Source: a virus. From it: DNA of 64,000 bases. The DNA lies in IMG/VR virus record IMGVR_UViG_3300043774_000178, positions 32,001 to 96,000 of that record; one strand, written 5' to 3'. The position numbers and the translations under genes are program-made. Position 1 is the first letter of the stretch. The number at the start of each line of letters is the position of its first letter. Below the pieces are notes generated by a model that had not been told where the DNA came from, did no database searches, and worked only from the letters and a program-made list of their open reading frames with translations. This document shows positions 31,709 through 41,716 of the stretch, one piece after another.

Positions 31709-32884
31709 TTATTTTACAGCCATTTTAACTACAGCAGGATTCATCATCAACTTAGCCCATTTAGTCTTATTACCATTTACAATCTCCTTGATAATAAAAT
31801 ACTTAAGGTCATCTGTGAATACATCACATCCTGTAGTAAGTTTAATTACTCTATTTATCATTTGATCACTAACTGGTTTTGTCTCAGAATGAACAAGACA
31901 ATAGTTAATCATCCTAGTTGCAATTACACTAGAGATATCTGCTCTAAAGTTACCTCCTTGATTTACAGAAGAGTTAAGAGCTCCTACTACATATGCTTCA
32001 TTAGGATTTGTCATCATATCTTCAGGAGATATAATCTTATCCAAGTTGTTATTAATGAACATAGTAAATAGACTAGATGTTTCTGAACCTACAGAACCTT
32101 CACCAATCATTTGGACTAATGGAAGCTCATCTTCAAACTTATCTATAGAACTAATAGAGTTGAAGAATGTAGTAATTGCACGAGGATTAACATTAGAGTT
32201 AATAACTTCTGGGTTCATCAATAGGAAGTTGATACATCTACCATCAATACTAGCAGTCTCCGCCCACTTAGCCCATACTTTCTCATCAAACTTTACCTCA
32301 ACAGAAATAAATCTAGTCTTCTGAGCTATATCCAAACTAGTAACATTATAGTCACCATTATCTGGATTAGTAGTCAATACAATATGCCAGTTCTTAGGAA
32401 GCTTCCAAGAGATGTACTCTTGTCTATCAATCAATTCCATAGTTGCTTGCATGAATCTTTGATCTGCACGAGTATAATCATCAAGAATCAAGAAGCCACC
32501 CTCACCTTTACCTTGAATCCACTCAGGAGATGCATGCGACATTCTACTTTGTCCACTAGGTCTAAAGCCTGCTTTTACATAAGTCTCAAGTAAAGTTTCT
32601 TGAATCCACTTCTTAGCACCATCTTTGTTTTCAATCTCAAACTCTTTGAATGGAAAACCAACCAAGTCACCAAGCTCCTCTATCTGACTCAAATTTAATT
32701 TAATGACAGCCATGTTCATCTCTTTTGCAAGTTGCATTAGAGATGAAGTCTTACCAAGACCAGCTTCACCTTCAATATTTACAGCTACAGGTACTTTACC
32801 TTTTGTTTGAATATGCTGATTATTCTTTACCATGTGTCCCAAGAAGGACTTTAACTCATCAATATTTAACTTTACTTGACTCAT
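31709..32884 (-). CDS. MoxR-like AAA+ ATPase
   Basis: Walker A GEAGLGKTS, Walker B FLILDD, sensor TTNP, LDIAQKTRF; adjacent to a vWA gene. Confidence 0.85.
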   Translation of the reverse strand: MSQVKLNIDELKSFLGHMVKNNQHIQTKGKVPVAVNIEGEAGLGKTSSLMQLAKEMNMAVIKLNLSQIEELGDLVGFPFKEFEIENKDGAKKWIQETLLETYVKAGFRPSGQSRMSHASPEWIQGKGEGGFLILDDYTRADQRFMQATMELIDRQEYISWKLPKNWHIVLTTNPDNGDYNVTSLDIAQKTRFISVEVKFDEKVWAKWAETASIDGRCINFLLMNPEVINSNVNPRAITTFFNSISSIDKFEDELPLVQMIGEGSVGSETSSLFTMFINNNLDKIISPEDMMTNPNEAYVVGALNSSVNQGGNFRADISSVIATRMINYCLVHSETKPVSDQMINRVIKLTTGCDVFTDDLKYFIIKEIVNGNKTKWAKLMMNPAVVKMAVK

Positions 32885-32893
32885 ACTCTTTTA

Positions 32894-33046
32894 TTAATAT
32901 TTCCAATTAAAACCTATTTCAAACAAAGGTGTAATATGTAAAGCATATACATTTGCTTTAGCATCTACATTACTTTTACTAAAACCAATAACCATTGGTA
33001 TAATCCATGAAAACTTTGTCTCAATTTTTCCTTCGTACTTACTCAT
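32894..33046 (-). CDS. Small hypothetical protein (50 aa, not in ORF track)
   Basis: MSKYEGKIET...IGFNWKY; ATGA overlap with the vWA gene stop; fills the gap. Confidence 0.55.
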   Translation of the reverse strand: MSKYEGKIETKFSWIIPMVIGFSKSNVDAKANVYALHITPLFEIGFNWKY

Positions 33047-34341
33047 AACTCTAATCTAATTACTTTACCTGGTAATTCATTATTCATACCAGATCTCTCT
33101 GATAATACCCACAATACTGGGGACTTAGGTTTTACTGAAGTGTGCCATTCACCATCAGTAAAATAAACTAAGCTTGTATACTTCTTAAGGTTTTGATTGT
33201 AATAATCCAAAACAGGATCAAACTCAGTACCACCTCTACCACCTACCTTGATTTGGTTCTTACCATTATAAGGTTCTATAGATCTAATTACAGTATCACA
33301 TTGGATAATAGTAATATCTACTCCTGTTTTATGGATGTGATGTATCTCATTCATAAACTCAAGTAACTCATCATCTGATACTGAACCAGAAGTATCAATA
33401 GCTAGTAGCATGTGTTGTCTCATCTTTATCTTCAAACCTGGATTATCAGAATACCTTTTATTCTCTTTTCTCCTAAGTTTCTTGGTAAAGATTCTTGTAC
33501 TTACACCTGTGAATCTTCTGATATAAGCTCTCCAATTGAACTTTGCTTTCTCAATTTTTGCAAGCTCTAGTAGATGCTTCTCAATATTACCAGGAACAGA
33601 TCCTCTTTTCTTTACAGTTTGCTCAGCAGCTTCACCCAATAGCCTATCAAGTTGTTGCTGTACAATCTTCTTCTCTGCTTCAGATAGATTCTCAAAGTCT
33701 TCCCATGTACTATGATCAGGAATACCATCACCGGATTCCATCTGATCACATAGTTGATCAAAGTTAGGACAACCAGAAGAACCATCCTTTTCCTTCTTAT
33801 CCTTAGCTTCTTTAAGCTTATCATAATAATATCTACAACCAGCTTTAAGATCTAGATTCAACTCAGGATAATCTTCAATCATTATACCTCTTTGCGGAAG
33901 CTTAGATATTTCATTCACAGCATCTTCTAAGGACAATGCACCAGAATCAATCTTATCAGTAATAGATTTCTTAAGATTCTCATACTGTTCCTTAGTATAC
34001 TCATCTCCAGGAAGATAACCCTTGTCAATATACTGATTAATCTCCATGTCCATTGCTATATTAGCAAGCTTCTTGTCAGGAAAATTAAAGTACATAGATA
34101 GGTGAAAATAAGCAATATGCAGTAGCTCATGCTTTAGAATACCAATCCTGTGATTATCAGTCATTCCTTGCCAGAAGTTTTCATTTATAGTAAGTTGATA
34201 GTTAATACCATTCTTACTAACACCGGCAGTAGGAATCCTGTTATTCCATACTTTATTCAACATGATAAGAAAGAACCCATAGAAGGGCTCTTTCCACATC
34301 AATTCTTTACTAGCTTTACCTAGTGTATCCTCTTTACTCAT
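33043..34341 (-). CDS. Metallopeptidase-vWA protein (DUF2201-like)
   Basis: HELLH zinc motif; MIDAS DTSGS; GRGGTEF; YFTDG. Confidence 0.88.
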   Translation of the reverse strand: MSKEDTLGKASKELMWKEPFYGFFLIMLNKVWNNRIPTAGVSKNGINYQLTINENFWQGMTDNHRIGILKHELLHIAYFHLSMYFNFPDKKLANIAMDMEINQYIDKGYLPGDEYTKEQYENLKKSITDKIDSGALSLEDAVNEISKLPQRGIMIEDYPELNLDLKAGCRYYYDKLKEAKDKKEKDGSSGCPNFDQLCDQMESGDGIPDHSTWEDFENLSEAEKKIVQQQLDRLLGEAAEQTVKKRGSVPGNIEKHLLELAKIEKAKFNWRAYIRRFTGVSTRIFTKKLRRKENKRYSDNPGLKIKMRQHMLLAIDTSGSVSDDELLEFMNEIHHIHKTGVDITIIQCDTVIRSIEPYNGKNQIKVGGRGGTEFDPVLDYYNQNLKKYTSLVYFTDGEWHTSVKPKSPVLWVLSERSGMNNELPGKVIRLEL

Positions 34342-34730
34342 TTCTTTAGAGTTAGGTTAAAATCTAAATTCTTTGTAGGATAACCCATATTATCTAGCAT
34401 TTGAACAAGCTCTCCTACATGTCTTTCTAGAAATGCAGTTACAGATTCTTTGTCAGCTTTCATTGATATTAAGACACTTAACCCTTTAGCATAAGTAAAC
34501 GGACTATCAAAATCATAATACTTTGAAAGCTCTTTAGCAACTTCAGGTGCATTTGATTTCCATTCACTATATGTTAAACGGGAGTACTTAAATATATAAA
34601 GCAACCATCCAAAATCAGAATCTTTGAAATTAAATGCTTCAACTGCTTTATACGCTAAATGTCCATTATCTTCATCAGGAGATAAAAACATGTTTATAAT
34701 ATTATCAGCTTCTTGTCTTGTAATTTTCAT
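34338..34730 (-). CDS. Hypothetical protein
   Basis: 130-aa coupled ORF carrying the MFxSxDxxN motif (see findings). Confidence 0.75.
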   Translation of the reverse strand: MKITRQEADNIINMFLSPDEDNGHLAYKAVEAFNFKDSDFGWLLYIFKYSRLTYSEWKSNAPEVAKELSKYYDFDSPFTYAKGLSVLISMKADKESVTAFLERHVGELVQMLDNMGYPTKNLDFNLTLKK

Positions 34731-35077
34731 CAGTCTTCAATTTTTAAAGTTCTAATCATCCACTCTTCAGGTTTACCAGACTTAATAGCCTTAAACCATT
34801 CTTTTGCACTAGGAATATATCCAAAGCAATCCTCTTTTACATGCTGTTCACCAATGTATCTAACATAGACATCTTTTCCATCAGAGTTAGTAATTATCAT
34901 ACCAAATCTTTGTTCACATTCAAATATACCTTCACTGTGATGTCTAAACATTCTATGCTCACTATGACCTACCCAAGCCTTAGTAGCATCAAACCATTCA
35001 TGAATTTTAATATAGTCAGTTGCTACACCTCCCCATTTTCTTGCAGAGGATCTAGCATGATCCCAAGGATGTGCCAT
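34730..35077 (-). CDS. DUF6915-like His-rich protein
   Basis: MAHP..HA.SSA..WGG...DY..IH.WFD, HR..RHH..GIF and GEQHV.ED motifs. Confidence 0.7.
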   Translation of the reverse strand: MAHPWDHARSSARKWGGVATDYIKIHEWFDATKAWVGHSEHRMFRHHSEGIFECEQRFGMIITNSDGKDVYVRYIGEQHVKEDCFGYIPSAKEWFKAIKSGKPEEWMIRTLKIED

Positions 35078-35481
35078 TACTTTGCTGATTTTTCAATTAA
35101 GTTACCTTCATGAGTATATTGCTCATAATCAATTACTCTAATATTATTATCAATTGAGTATTGTCCAGATGGAACCATTATAGATACTGTACCGTAACCA
35201 CCTTCATTATTATACCAATCTTCTATGTCTTCAAGAAGTTTATTATATGTAAAGTCTTCTATTCTAGATTTCAAACCTGAACTTAAAACACAAAGTTCAG
35301 GACTATCAAAATGTACATTATCTTCTACATCTTCTACAGCATCAATAGGTTTAGTACAGTACTGAATCTCTTCAATTTGACCAGAGTCTCCTGATCCATC
35401 ATATCTTATCAAAATACCTGTAACACCCATACCAGATAATTCTAGCATAAGCTCTGTCATTTCTAATTCTGTCATAATCAT
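35077..35481 (-). CDS. DUF6878-like acidic protein
   Basis: YDGSGDSGQIE and DWYNNEGGYG motifs. Confidence 0.65.
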   Translation of the reverse strand: MIMTELEMTELMLELSGMGVTGILIRYDGSGDSGQIEEIQYCTKPIDAVEDVEDNVHFDSPELCVLSSGLKSRIEDFTYNKLLEDIEDWYNNEGGYGTVSIMVPSGQYSIDNNIRVIDYEQYTHEGNLIEKSAK

Positions 35482-35900
35482 TTTGTTTTGTAAAACCGTC
35501 CTAATATGTTTCCATTTAGGAATTCTTCTTTCTCAAGTACCTCATACAGGAACTGATGTTTTGTTTCTTGATATGTTAACTCTGTAGATGAATAGCATAT
35601 TCTAAGAATTTCTCTTTTGATTACTCCTCCTGTTTTTGCAAAGTCCTTAAGTATCTTATTACTACTATAGTACTTCATAAAATTAGGTACAAGCTCTCTC
35701 CTGTACTTTTTTAGCCTTTTATCTGTAGTCATAGCTAAAGCTTTCTTACCTAATGGTTTTTTAACATTAGCATAGAAGTTCTTTTTACCTATGTACCTTA
35801 CAGATTTACCATCAATAATAGCTGACATTTCATATATAAAACCTACAGCTCCTTCAGGAATTGATAGTTCATCAAATTCCTTTCCTTCATATATCCACAT
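35478..35900 (-). CDS. Seg-like GIY-YIG nuclease family protein
   Basis: GFIY...RYIGKK, YYSS, REILRIC, LTYQE, NGNILG. Confidence 0.75.
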   Translation of the reverse strand: MWIYEGKEFDELSIPEGAVGFIYEMSAIIDGKSVRYIGKKNFYANVKKPLGKKALAMTTDKRLKKYRRELVPNFMKYYSSNKILKDFAKTGGVIKREILRICYSSTELTYQETKHQFLYEVLEKEEFLNGNILGRFYKTK

Positions 35901-36159
35901 TTTCTTTAAGTTGACTGATTAAGAGTAAATAATCTACTATTTCAAGTTTTAGTTGAGTATTTTCTGACCTTAAATTCATATTGTCTTCTTCTAGAAGTTC
36001 ATTCTGTTCTTCAAGCTGAGATTTTTCATCTTTAAGTTCAGTTATTTCATTTATGTAATCTGTTTCTAGTACTTCAAACTCTTGTCTTAAATCTTTAAAA
36101 TAACTATTAGTATAATCAAGATATGTTTCAACCTTGTCCATTAATTTTTGTACACTCAT
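35887..36159 (-). CDS. Acidic coiled-coil protein
   Basis: Heptad pattern LKDEKSQLEEQNELLEEDNMNLRSEN. Confidence 0.7.
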   Translation of the reverse strand: MSVQKLMDKVETYLDYTNSYFKDLRQEFEVLETDYINEITELKDEKSQLEEQNELLEEDNMNLRSENTQLKLEIVDYLLLISQLKENVDI

Positions 36160-37133
36160 AATATTTGTTTTAGTAATGGGAATAACTTATCTCTCACAGC
36201 TTCAATACCATGTATGTTTACAGAGTCTGATAGATCCTTTTCCATATCTAGTATAATATAATCAATACTATATTTCTGTTTGTACTTTTCCATAGAAGCA
36301 ATACCTGCCTCATCATTGTCAAACAAAGTAATAATCTTCTTATACTTAGATCTTAGCATTACCATATCAGATTCTCTTATCATACTATTCTCACTGTCTG
36401 GAGCAATTGCTTCTATGTTCTTAATACCCAAAACATTAAAACACATTAAGTCTTTGAGTGAAGATGTAATAATCAGATAATCAGCAGTATAAGTTAGTTG
36501 ATTTAAACCTTGAATATAATTAGTAACCTTTATAAATTTCTTAGCTACATTCTTAGGAGAATAGATTTTGTATAGAACACCGTCATCTCTAAAATAACCA
36601 TAGATATGGTTGTATTCAAAGAGTATAGAGTTTACACTACCATCTTCTTCTACCTTCTGCATGTTAAAGAACTTTAGTGGAACAACATTATATCTATCAA
36701 GCATCTTAGAACTAATCTTAAATCTTGACCAATAGCTTTGATCTAGATTATTCCAGTGCCTCATTTCATAATCAACTACTTTATACTTATCATGTACTTT
36801 GAACTCTCTACTTGTAGTAGGTGACTGGTTCTTTAGATACTCAGTATAGTCTGAAGTAATCTTATTTACTGTTTGAACAAAGGTTAGATTATACATACGC
36901 ATAACCATGTTCTTACCATCACCATGATACCCGGTAGAGAAATCTTTAAACCTATAATCATTAATTGACTTACTATAATAGACATACATAGATGGAGTCT
37001 TCTCATGTCTAAACACTGAGAATAACTTCACATCTTGACCAGTAAGACTTTCATTAAGATTCAAATAGTGTTCAAATATCCATGTATTTGGTACTTCATT
37101 AAGTCCCTCAAATATGTTCTTTGTAGATAGCAT
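36156..37133 (-). CDS. DNA primase (TOPRIM)
   Basis: SVFRHEKTPS, FKDFSTG..GD, IITSSLKD, APDSE, FDNDEAG, KDLSD. Start moved to MLSTKN because a hairpin lies in the extra 5' codons. Confidence 0.85.
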   Translation of the reverse strand: MLSTKNIFEGLNEVPNTWIFEHYLNLNESLTGQDVKLFSVFRHEKTPSMYVYYSKSINDYRFKDFSTGYHGDGKNMVMRMYNLTFVQTVNKITSDYTEYLKNQSPTTSREFKVHDKYKVVDYEMRHWNNLDQSYWSRFKISSKMLDRYNVVPLKFFNMQKVEEDGSVNSILFEYNHIYGYFRDDGVLYKIYSPKNVAKKFIKVTNYIQGLNQLTYTADYLIITSSLKDLMCFNVLGIKNIEAIAPDSENSMIRESDMVMLRSKYKKIITLFDNDEAGIASMEKYKQKYSIDYIILDMEKDLSDSVNIHGIEAVRDKLFPLLKQIL

Positions 37134-37192
37134 AGCAAATGAATAATAAAAAAGGGAAGCCATCTCTGACTCCCCCTTTCCATCCTAATTGC

Positions 37193-37870
37193 TTAGTCTA
37201 ATGAGAAGTCAGTAGCAGCTCTCTGTGGAATATCCAAGTCATCATCACCAAATGATCCAACTTCACGAACTTCCATCTTCTTGAGATGCTCTTCCTCGTT
37301 AAATTTAATTACATTTCCTCCTACAGGAGCAATAGCATAAGCTCCTTTAGAACCTTTTGCTAACCATAAGTCATAATTGGTATAACCATTCTTACCCTCA
37401 TACTCTTTACCAGCAATACAGAAATCTGCAAGCTTGTCTTTGTATGGAGCATCAGCATTAAAAGCATCTACAAATTCTTCAATTGTATCATGCTTATTAT
37501 CCTGTGCAAGAAACCAATCACTTATACCAAGAGTAGAAGTAAGATTCTTCAAGAAAATCATAATAGATTTATCTCTCTGAACTTTGATACCACTCTTAGT
37601 TACACCATCAGCAAATGCATATTGAGAAGCTTTCACTCTACCAATCTGACCTGCATAGTGACCTTTGCTGTCATCATCTTTGTCAATCATGAATCCCTCA
37701 AATCCTTCAATAGGTTGAGTTTCTACATTTAAAATCAAATGATATGCTCCATCAATAAACTTAAATTTCTCTAGCATTGCGCTATTGATTTTCAAAGTAT
37801 AGTTACCTGGTGCAATTGTTTTAGGTAGTCCTGAACCACCTTCTGTTAATCCTGTTGTGCTTAAAGCCAT
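37193..37870 (-). CDS. Putative single-stranded DNA-binding protein
   Basis: PGNY-type N-terminus, acidic/aromatic C-tail (DDDLDIP..DFSLD), downstream of a Sak4-like ATPase. Confidence 0.55.
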   Translation of the reverse strand: MALSTTGLTEGGSGLPKTIAPGNYTLKINSAMLEKFKFIDGAYHLILNVETQPIEGFEGFMIDKDDDSKGHYAGQIGRVKASQYAFADGVTKSGIKVQRDKSIMIFLKNLTSTLGISDWFLAQDNKHDTIEEFVDAFNADAPYKDKLADFCIAGKEYEGKNGYTNYDLWLAKGSKGAYAIAPVGGNVIKFNEEEHLKKMEVREVGSFGDDDLDIPQRAATDFSLD

Positions 37871-37887
37871 TTTGTTTGTTTTAGTTG

Positions 37888-38637
37888 TTAATCAATAAAT
37901 ACTTTGTCCCAGTAAGTTTTATACTCACCGTTCTCATCAATTTCAGAAATCACTATTTCAGCATTGCTTAGATGTGCAGGTCTTGCACCACAAGCAATAT
38001 CATCATTAGTTTTGAAGCTGAGAATATTCTTATTCCCTTTTCTATAGAGATAACCAATAGCATCAGAATTAGAAGTTGTAATTCTTTTTAGCTTACCAGT
38101 TAGATCTAAATCAAGAGAGTTGAATGTTCCTCCTGCTTTCTCAAGCTGAGTATCCTTTACGTGACCTACAAAGATTACATATGGAGCCCATGTCTTGATA
38201 TAATCAATAACCTTTGTAAATGCTTGTCTAGTCCAGAAATAACCAGAACCTTCAGGTAAACCCAATATGCTACCATACTTCTCTTTACCACCACCTGGAT
38301 TAAACCAGTTCTTACCCATAGGGCTACGTGAATAGAGAGCTTCTGCATAAGGAATAACCATTTCTTCTAATGCAGTGATAGTATCAACAGCTATAATCTT
38401 ATAAGGATTACCTGCTTCTTTGATTGCATTACCAACTTCTTTGATTTCCTCAAAGGTGTTAGCTTCTACCTTCATTGCATTAAGATACTTAGTACCACCT
38501 TCTAAATCTAGAATAAGACAGTTTGGTAATTCAGATAACAAGCTTGTCTTACCTGTCTTAGGTTTAGAAAATATAATAAGATTCTTTGGACTGAGGCTTT
38601 CTGGAGCCACTCTAGATTTTGGCAATATTATTCCCAT
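37888..38637 (-). CDS. AAA_24/Sak4-like ATPase (recombinase)
   Basis: SKPKTGKTS, ILDLEGG, IAVDTIT, FVGH, DAIGY. Confidence 0.85.
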   Translation of the reverse strand: MGIILPKSRVAPESLSPKNLIIFSKPKTGKTSLLSELPNCLILDLEGGTKYLNAMKVEANTFEEIKEVGNAIKEAGNPYKIIAVDTITALEEMVIPYAEALYSRSPMGKNWFNPGGGKEKYGSILGLPEGSGYFWTRQAFTKVIDYIKTWAPYVIFVGHVKDTQLEKAGGTFNSLDLDLTGKLKRITTSNSDAIGYLYRKGNKNILSFKTNDDIACGARPAHLSNAEIVISEIDENGEYKTYWDKVFID

Positions 38638-39185
38638 GGAGCTTTGTCTTTATTGTGAATAAGTTCATTTAACCACTTCTTGTTACTTACTGGTTTCTTT
38701 AACAGAATAGCAGCAAGATCCCTTAATGTGATTTGACTAAGCGGTGCATCTGAATCAGGATCAGGAAGATCATCAAAGTCGGGAAAAGCACTTGTCTTTT
38801 CCTCTTCTCTTTGAATCTCAATCTTAATTAACTCAGACACAGGAACTAGATACCTCATACTAGTATTGTTATGAGCTGACGGTTCAGTCTTATCATACTC
38901 TTCTTCAAAATGAGGATTAAACCTCCATTTGTAAAGAGTTCTGTTTGGATCTTCAGGTTCAAGTTCTACACTGGTAAACTCAGTATAGATGTCTTTACCC
39001 TTTCTAAATTCGCTTTGGAAGAATCCTATGCACATTTCTGACTTTCCTTTTGGGAAATATGCACACTTTGGTATAAACAATGGATTTTCTTCTTGTAGAA
39101 TTTTGAATTTCCACTCATGATGCTTAATCAGCTCTTCAGTCTTCTCCTGTCTATTGACAGATGACGATTTTGTTGTAAGACTCAT
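38628..39185 (-). CDS. Hypothetical protein
   Basis: 185-aa ORF ending DAPLSQITLRDLAAILLKKPVS.K.WLN.LI. Confidence 0.75.
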   Translation of the reverse strand: MSLTTKSSSVNRQEKTEELIKHHEWKFKILQEENPLFIPKCAYFPKGKSEMCIGFFQSEFRKGKDIYTEFTSVELEPEDPNRTLYKWRFNPHFEEEYDKTEPSAHNNTSMRYLVPVSELIKIEIQREEEKTSAFPDFDDLPDPDSDAPLSQITLRDLAAILLKKPVSNKKWLNELIHNKDKAPWE

Positions 39186-39188
39186 AGT

Positions 39189-40202
39189 TTAATTTTTAGT
39201 TGATAATCTTCTTTCTTGTTGTGGAGGTGTTGGCATTTCCACAATCTTCATCTTTTCAAATTCAGCTCTAAAGAAACTTAGTCTAGTGTCACCATTTCTA
39301 CATTTAAGAAAGTGTAATACTATAACTCTGTCATCTTCAATCATATACCTATCAGGACCATAATACCTAATCTTCTGCTTAGCAGGTCTATTGATACCTA
39401 TAACAGTATCAGCATGCTGTAACAGAGCATCAGCCCCAAACAAATCAGATTCAAGTACATAATTACCATACTTACCTTCTTCACTTCTCTCTGGGTTATC
39501 TATGTTCCTATTGAGCTGACTTAGCACAATAAAAGCCACAGGAAATACCCTCTTGAGTAATGTAAGAGCTTCACCAAGATTGTTAAGCATATCATGCTTA
39601 TCTTTCTCATATGGAGCTTTCTTAAATAATAAAGAGTGATCTATAGTAATCAGCACCTTTGTAAAAATCATATTCCCGTCCTGATCATACTTAGCATTTG
39701 CAAACATGTAATCCCTCACAATCTCCTTAAATTCATCTATAGTACAAGGAGTTTCTACTACGTCTATTGGATACTTAATTTTCAGCTTAGCATAATCATA
39801 ACATTTTTGTAAATCAGAATCACTTAGTTTTCCATCAGCACTACATAAGTACTTATAAGACCTGCCAATTACACTGGAATACTCACGTATTGCAGAAGTT
39901 CTAGCTAGCATCTCAAACTGGAATTGCAGAACTCTAAAATTCTCACCTTGGTTGAGTGGGAAAGATTCCCTTACAATCTGTTCTGCAATTAAGGTTTTAC
40001 CACTAGCTGGTCTGCCACCAATAACAGTAAGAGTATTCCACTCTATACCATCTGTGGTAGCATCATTAAACTTTGGCCAAGGAGTTCTTAAACTCTTTAT
40101 AGAACCACGCATTCTACCCTGTAGATACTTTAAAGATTCTTGAAATCCTTCCTTTTGGCTAGCCCACTTCTTCTTAGACTTAACCTCATTTGTATTATCC
40201 AT
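39189..40202 (-). CDS. dnaB: DnaB-like replicative helicase
   Basis: GGRPASGKT, FQFEM, ITIDH, LSQLNR, QHADTV, KCRNG. Confidence 0.92.
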   Translation of the reverse strand: MDNTNEVKSKKKWASQKEGFQESLKYLQGRMRGSIKSLRTPWPKFNDATTDGIEWNTLTVIGGRPASGKTLIAEQIVRESFPLNQGENFRVLQFQFEMLARTSAIREYSSVIGRSYKYLCSADGKLSDSDLQKCYDYAKLKIKYPIDVVETPCTIDEFKEIVRDYMFANAKYDQDGNMIFTKVLITIDHSLLFKKAPYEKDKHDMLNNLGEALTLLKRVFPVAFIVLSQLNRNIDNPERSEEGKYGNYVLESDLFGADALLQHADTVIGINRPAKQKIRYYGPDRYMIEDDRVIVLHFLKCRNGDTRLSFFRAEFEKMKIVEMPTPPQQERRLSTKN

Positions 40203-40207
40203 GAAGC

Positions 40208-40384
40208 TTATTTGTTTTGTAACTCTTTCTTTACTCCCTGATATATAAAATGTGTCAGAGTAATCACAATCTCTATGAGTATATACTGCATAAAGTTTAT
40301 AGGGAGTATAAAATTATCTACAATAACACAACCAACTGCAGAGCCAATTATTGCTACTAAGACAAGTTTAAGAGAATCTTTCAT
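40208..40384 (-). CDS. Small two-helix membrane protein (58 aa, not in ORF track)
   Basis: MKDSLKLVLVAIIGSAVG...KELQNK; ATGA coupling with the upstream gene. Confidence 0.6.
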   Translation of the reverse strand: MKDSLKLVLVAIIGSAVGCVIVDNFILPINFMQYILIEIVITLTHFIYQGVKKELQNK

Positions 40385-40980
40385 ACCACTCTCTCACTAA
40401 AATGTTTTTCTTCATAATCATTCCCTCCATTAATATACATATTACAATAATCAGCAAGCTCAGATTCAAATGTTTTCTCAGCTGTATTAGTTTTACGGAT
40501 AAAGTACTGAGAAGTTCTCATGTATTTGTACCCTTGCCTCTCGAACGTGTCAACATATAGTTTAGTAGCTGCAATGATAGTACTCCAATTATAATTGTGA
40601 TTATCAAAAAACCATCTAAAAGCATTCTCAAGATTCTTTTTATCAGAGCGTGCATACTTGTTACTTGGAAGCTTTAATTTAGGAAAAATTTCTGAATATT
40701 CTGCTATCATCTTGTCAAAATCTTTACCCAATAATTGTGTAGAAGTCTTCTTTTTACTAGTCTTGAAGAACTTATCCATTTCCTTGAGTATGAACAATGA
40801 CTTACCAGTTAGCTTATCACTCTTTTCATCTATCCAATCACCTACTAACCTTGCATGTTCTACATTAGAAGCTATAAGTTTTGGTACAATGTTGTTTTGT
40901 TTACAGTGAAGAAAGTACAACTGATTTGGTGTTAGATTATTCTGTATCAGTATCTCATAAATTTCTGTCATAGTTACCAA
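40381..40980 (-). CDS. Putative replication initiator/helicase loader
   Basis: N-terminal helical segment plus a YSEIFP...YMRTSQYFI segment resembling phage replisome organisers; upstream of DnaB. Confidence 0.5.
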   Translation of the reverse strand: MVTMTEIYEILIQNNLTPNQLYFLHCKQNNIVPKLIASNVEHARLVGDWIDEKSDKLTGKSLFILKEMDKFFKTSKKKTSTQLLGKDFDKMIAEYSEIFPKLKLPSNKYARSDKKNLENAFRWFFDNHNYNWSTIIAATKLYVDTFERQGYKYMRTSQYFIRKTNTAEKTFESELADYCNMYINGGNDYEEKHFSERVV

Positions 40981-41687
40981 ATTAGATCAAAGTTATACAA
41001 CTTTTTTACAATATCCTTAGCCTCAACAAATACGTTCTTAGAATCCCAATCATCATAATTGTTATACTTAGCAGAAGCAGGGTGAGTTACATGATACTTG
41101 TAGCAGTTATCATTTATTGCATCTGCCCAATCTGAAGCTTTCTTGCCAGCAAATATATAAACAAGACCCGGACAATACCAAGATAACCAATCAAGAATGT
41201 ATGCTATAAATGGTTGCCAAATAAGATAGTGTTGACCTATCTTACCTATAGAAGTTGTAAGAGCAGTATTTAATAATAAAACACCTTGGTTTGCCCATCT
41301 AGTTAAGTCTTTATCATAACAGATATTCTCACCATTGTACACAGTATCATTTATTGCTCTAAATACATATCCTAGACTAGGTTGCATTATATCAGTATCC
41401 TTTAGACTAAATGCTATACCATCTGCTTGATTTATTCCTGGATATGGATCTTGACCAAGTATGACTACTTTAAGCTGATCATAAGGACATTCTTCAAATG
41501 CTCTAAACCAATTCTTTATTTGTGGTGTAAATCTTTTACCATCTCTTGATTGTGCAGCTAAAGCAAGTATTATATTCTCAAAGTCTTTACTATATATAAA
41601 TCCTCTGAAGATTCTTGCCCAACCAGATGGTTCTAGTTTAGCTATCATTTTATCTTTTATCTCTTCTATATTCAGTGTGTTAGACAT
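40974..41687 (-). CDS. ung: Uracil-DNA glycosylase, family 1
   Basis: VVILGQDPY, ADGIAFS, PSL, WANQGVLLLNTALT, HPAS. Confidence 0.95.
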   Translation of the reverse strand: MSNTLNIEEIKDKMIAKLEPSGWARIFRGFIYSKDFENIILALAAQSRDGKRFTPQIKNWFRAFEECPYDQLKVVILGQDPYPGINQADGIAFSLKDTDIMQPSLGYVFRAINDTVYNGENICYDKDLTRWANQGVLLLNTALTTSIGKIGQHYLIWQPFIAYILDWLSWYCPGLVYIFAGKKASDWADAINDNCYKYHVTHPASAKYNNYDDWDSKNVFVEAKDIVKKLYNFDLIW

Positions 41688-41694
41688 AAATTTC

Positions 41695-41702
41695 TATTTT
41701 TG
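41695..41702 (+). promoter_or_regulatory. Bacteroidota sigma70 -7 element (TAnnTTTG)
   Basis: TATTTTTG 14 nt upstream of the lone + strand gene at 41717. Confidence 0.55.
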
Positions 41703-41716
41703 TTAAAAAGTTTATT

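Noticed and set aside
26503-40202. Introns or inteins in polB, primase or DnaB; reverse transcriptase or diversity-generating retroelement
   Set aside because: Proteins are compact and uninterrupted; no intein ends, RT motifs or template/variable repeat pair were seen.
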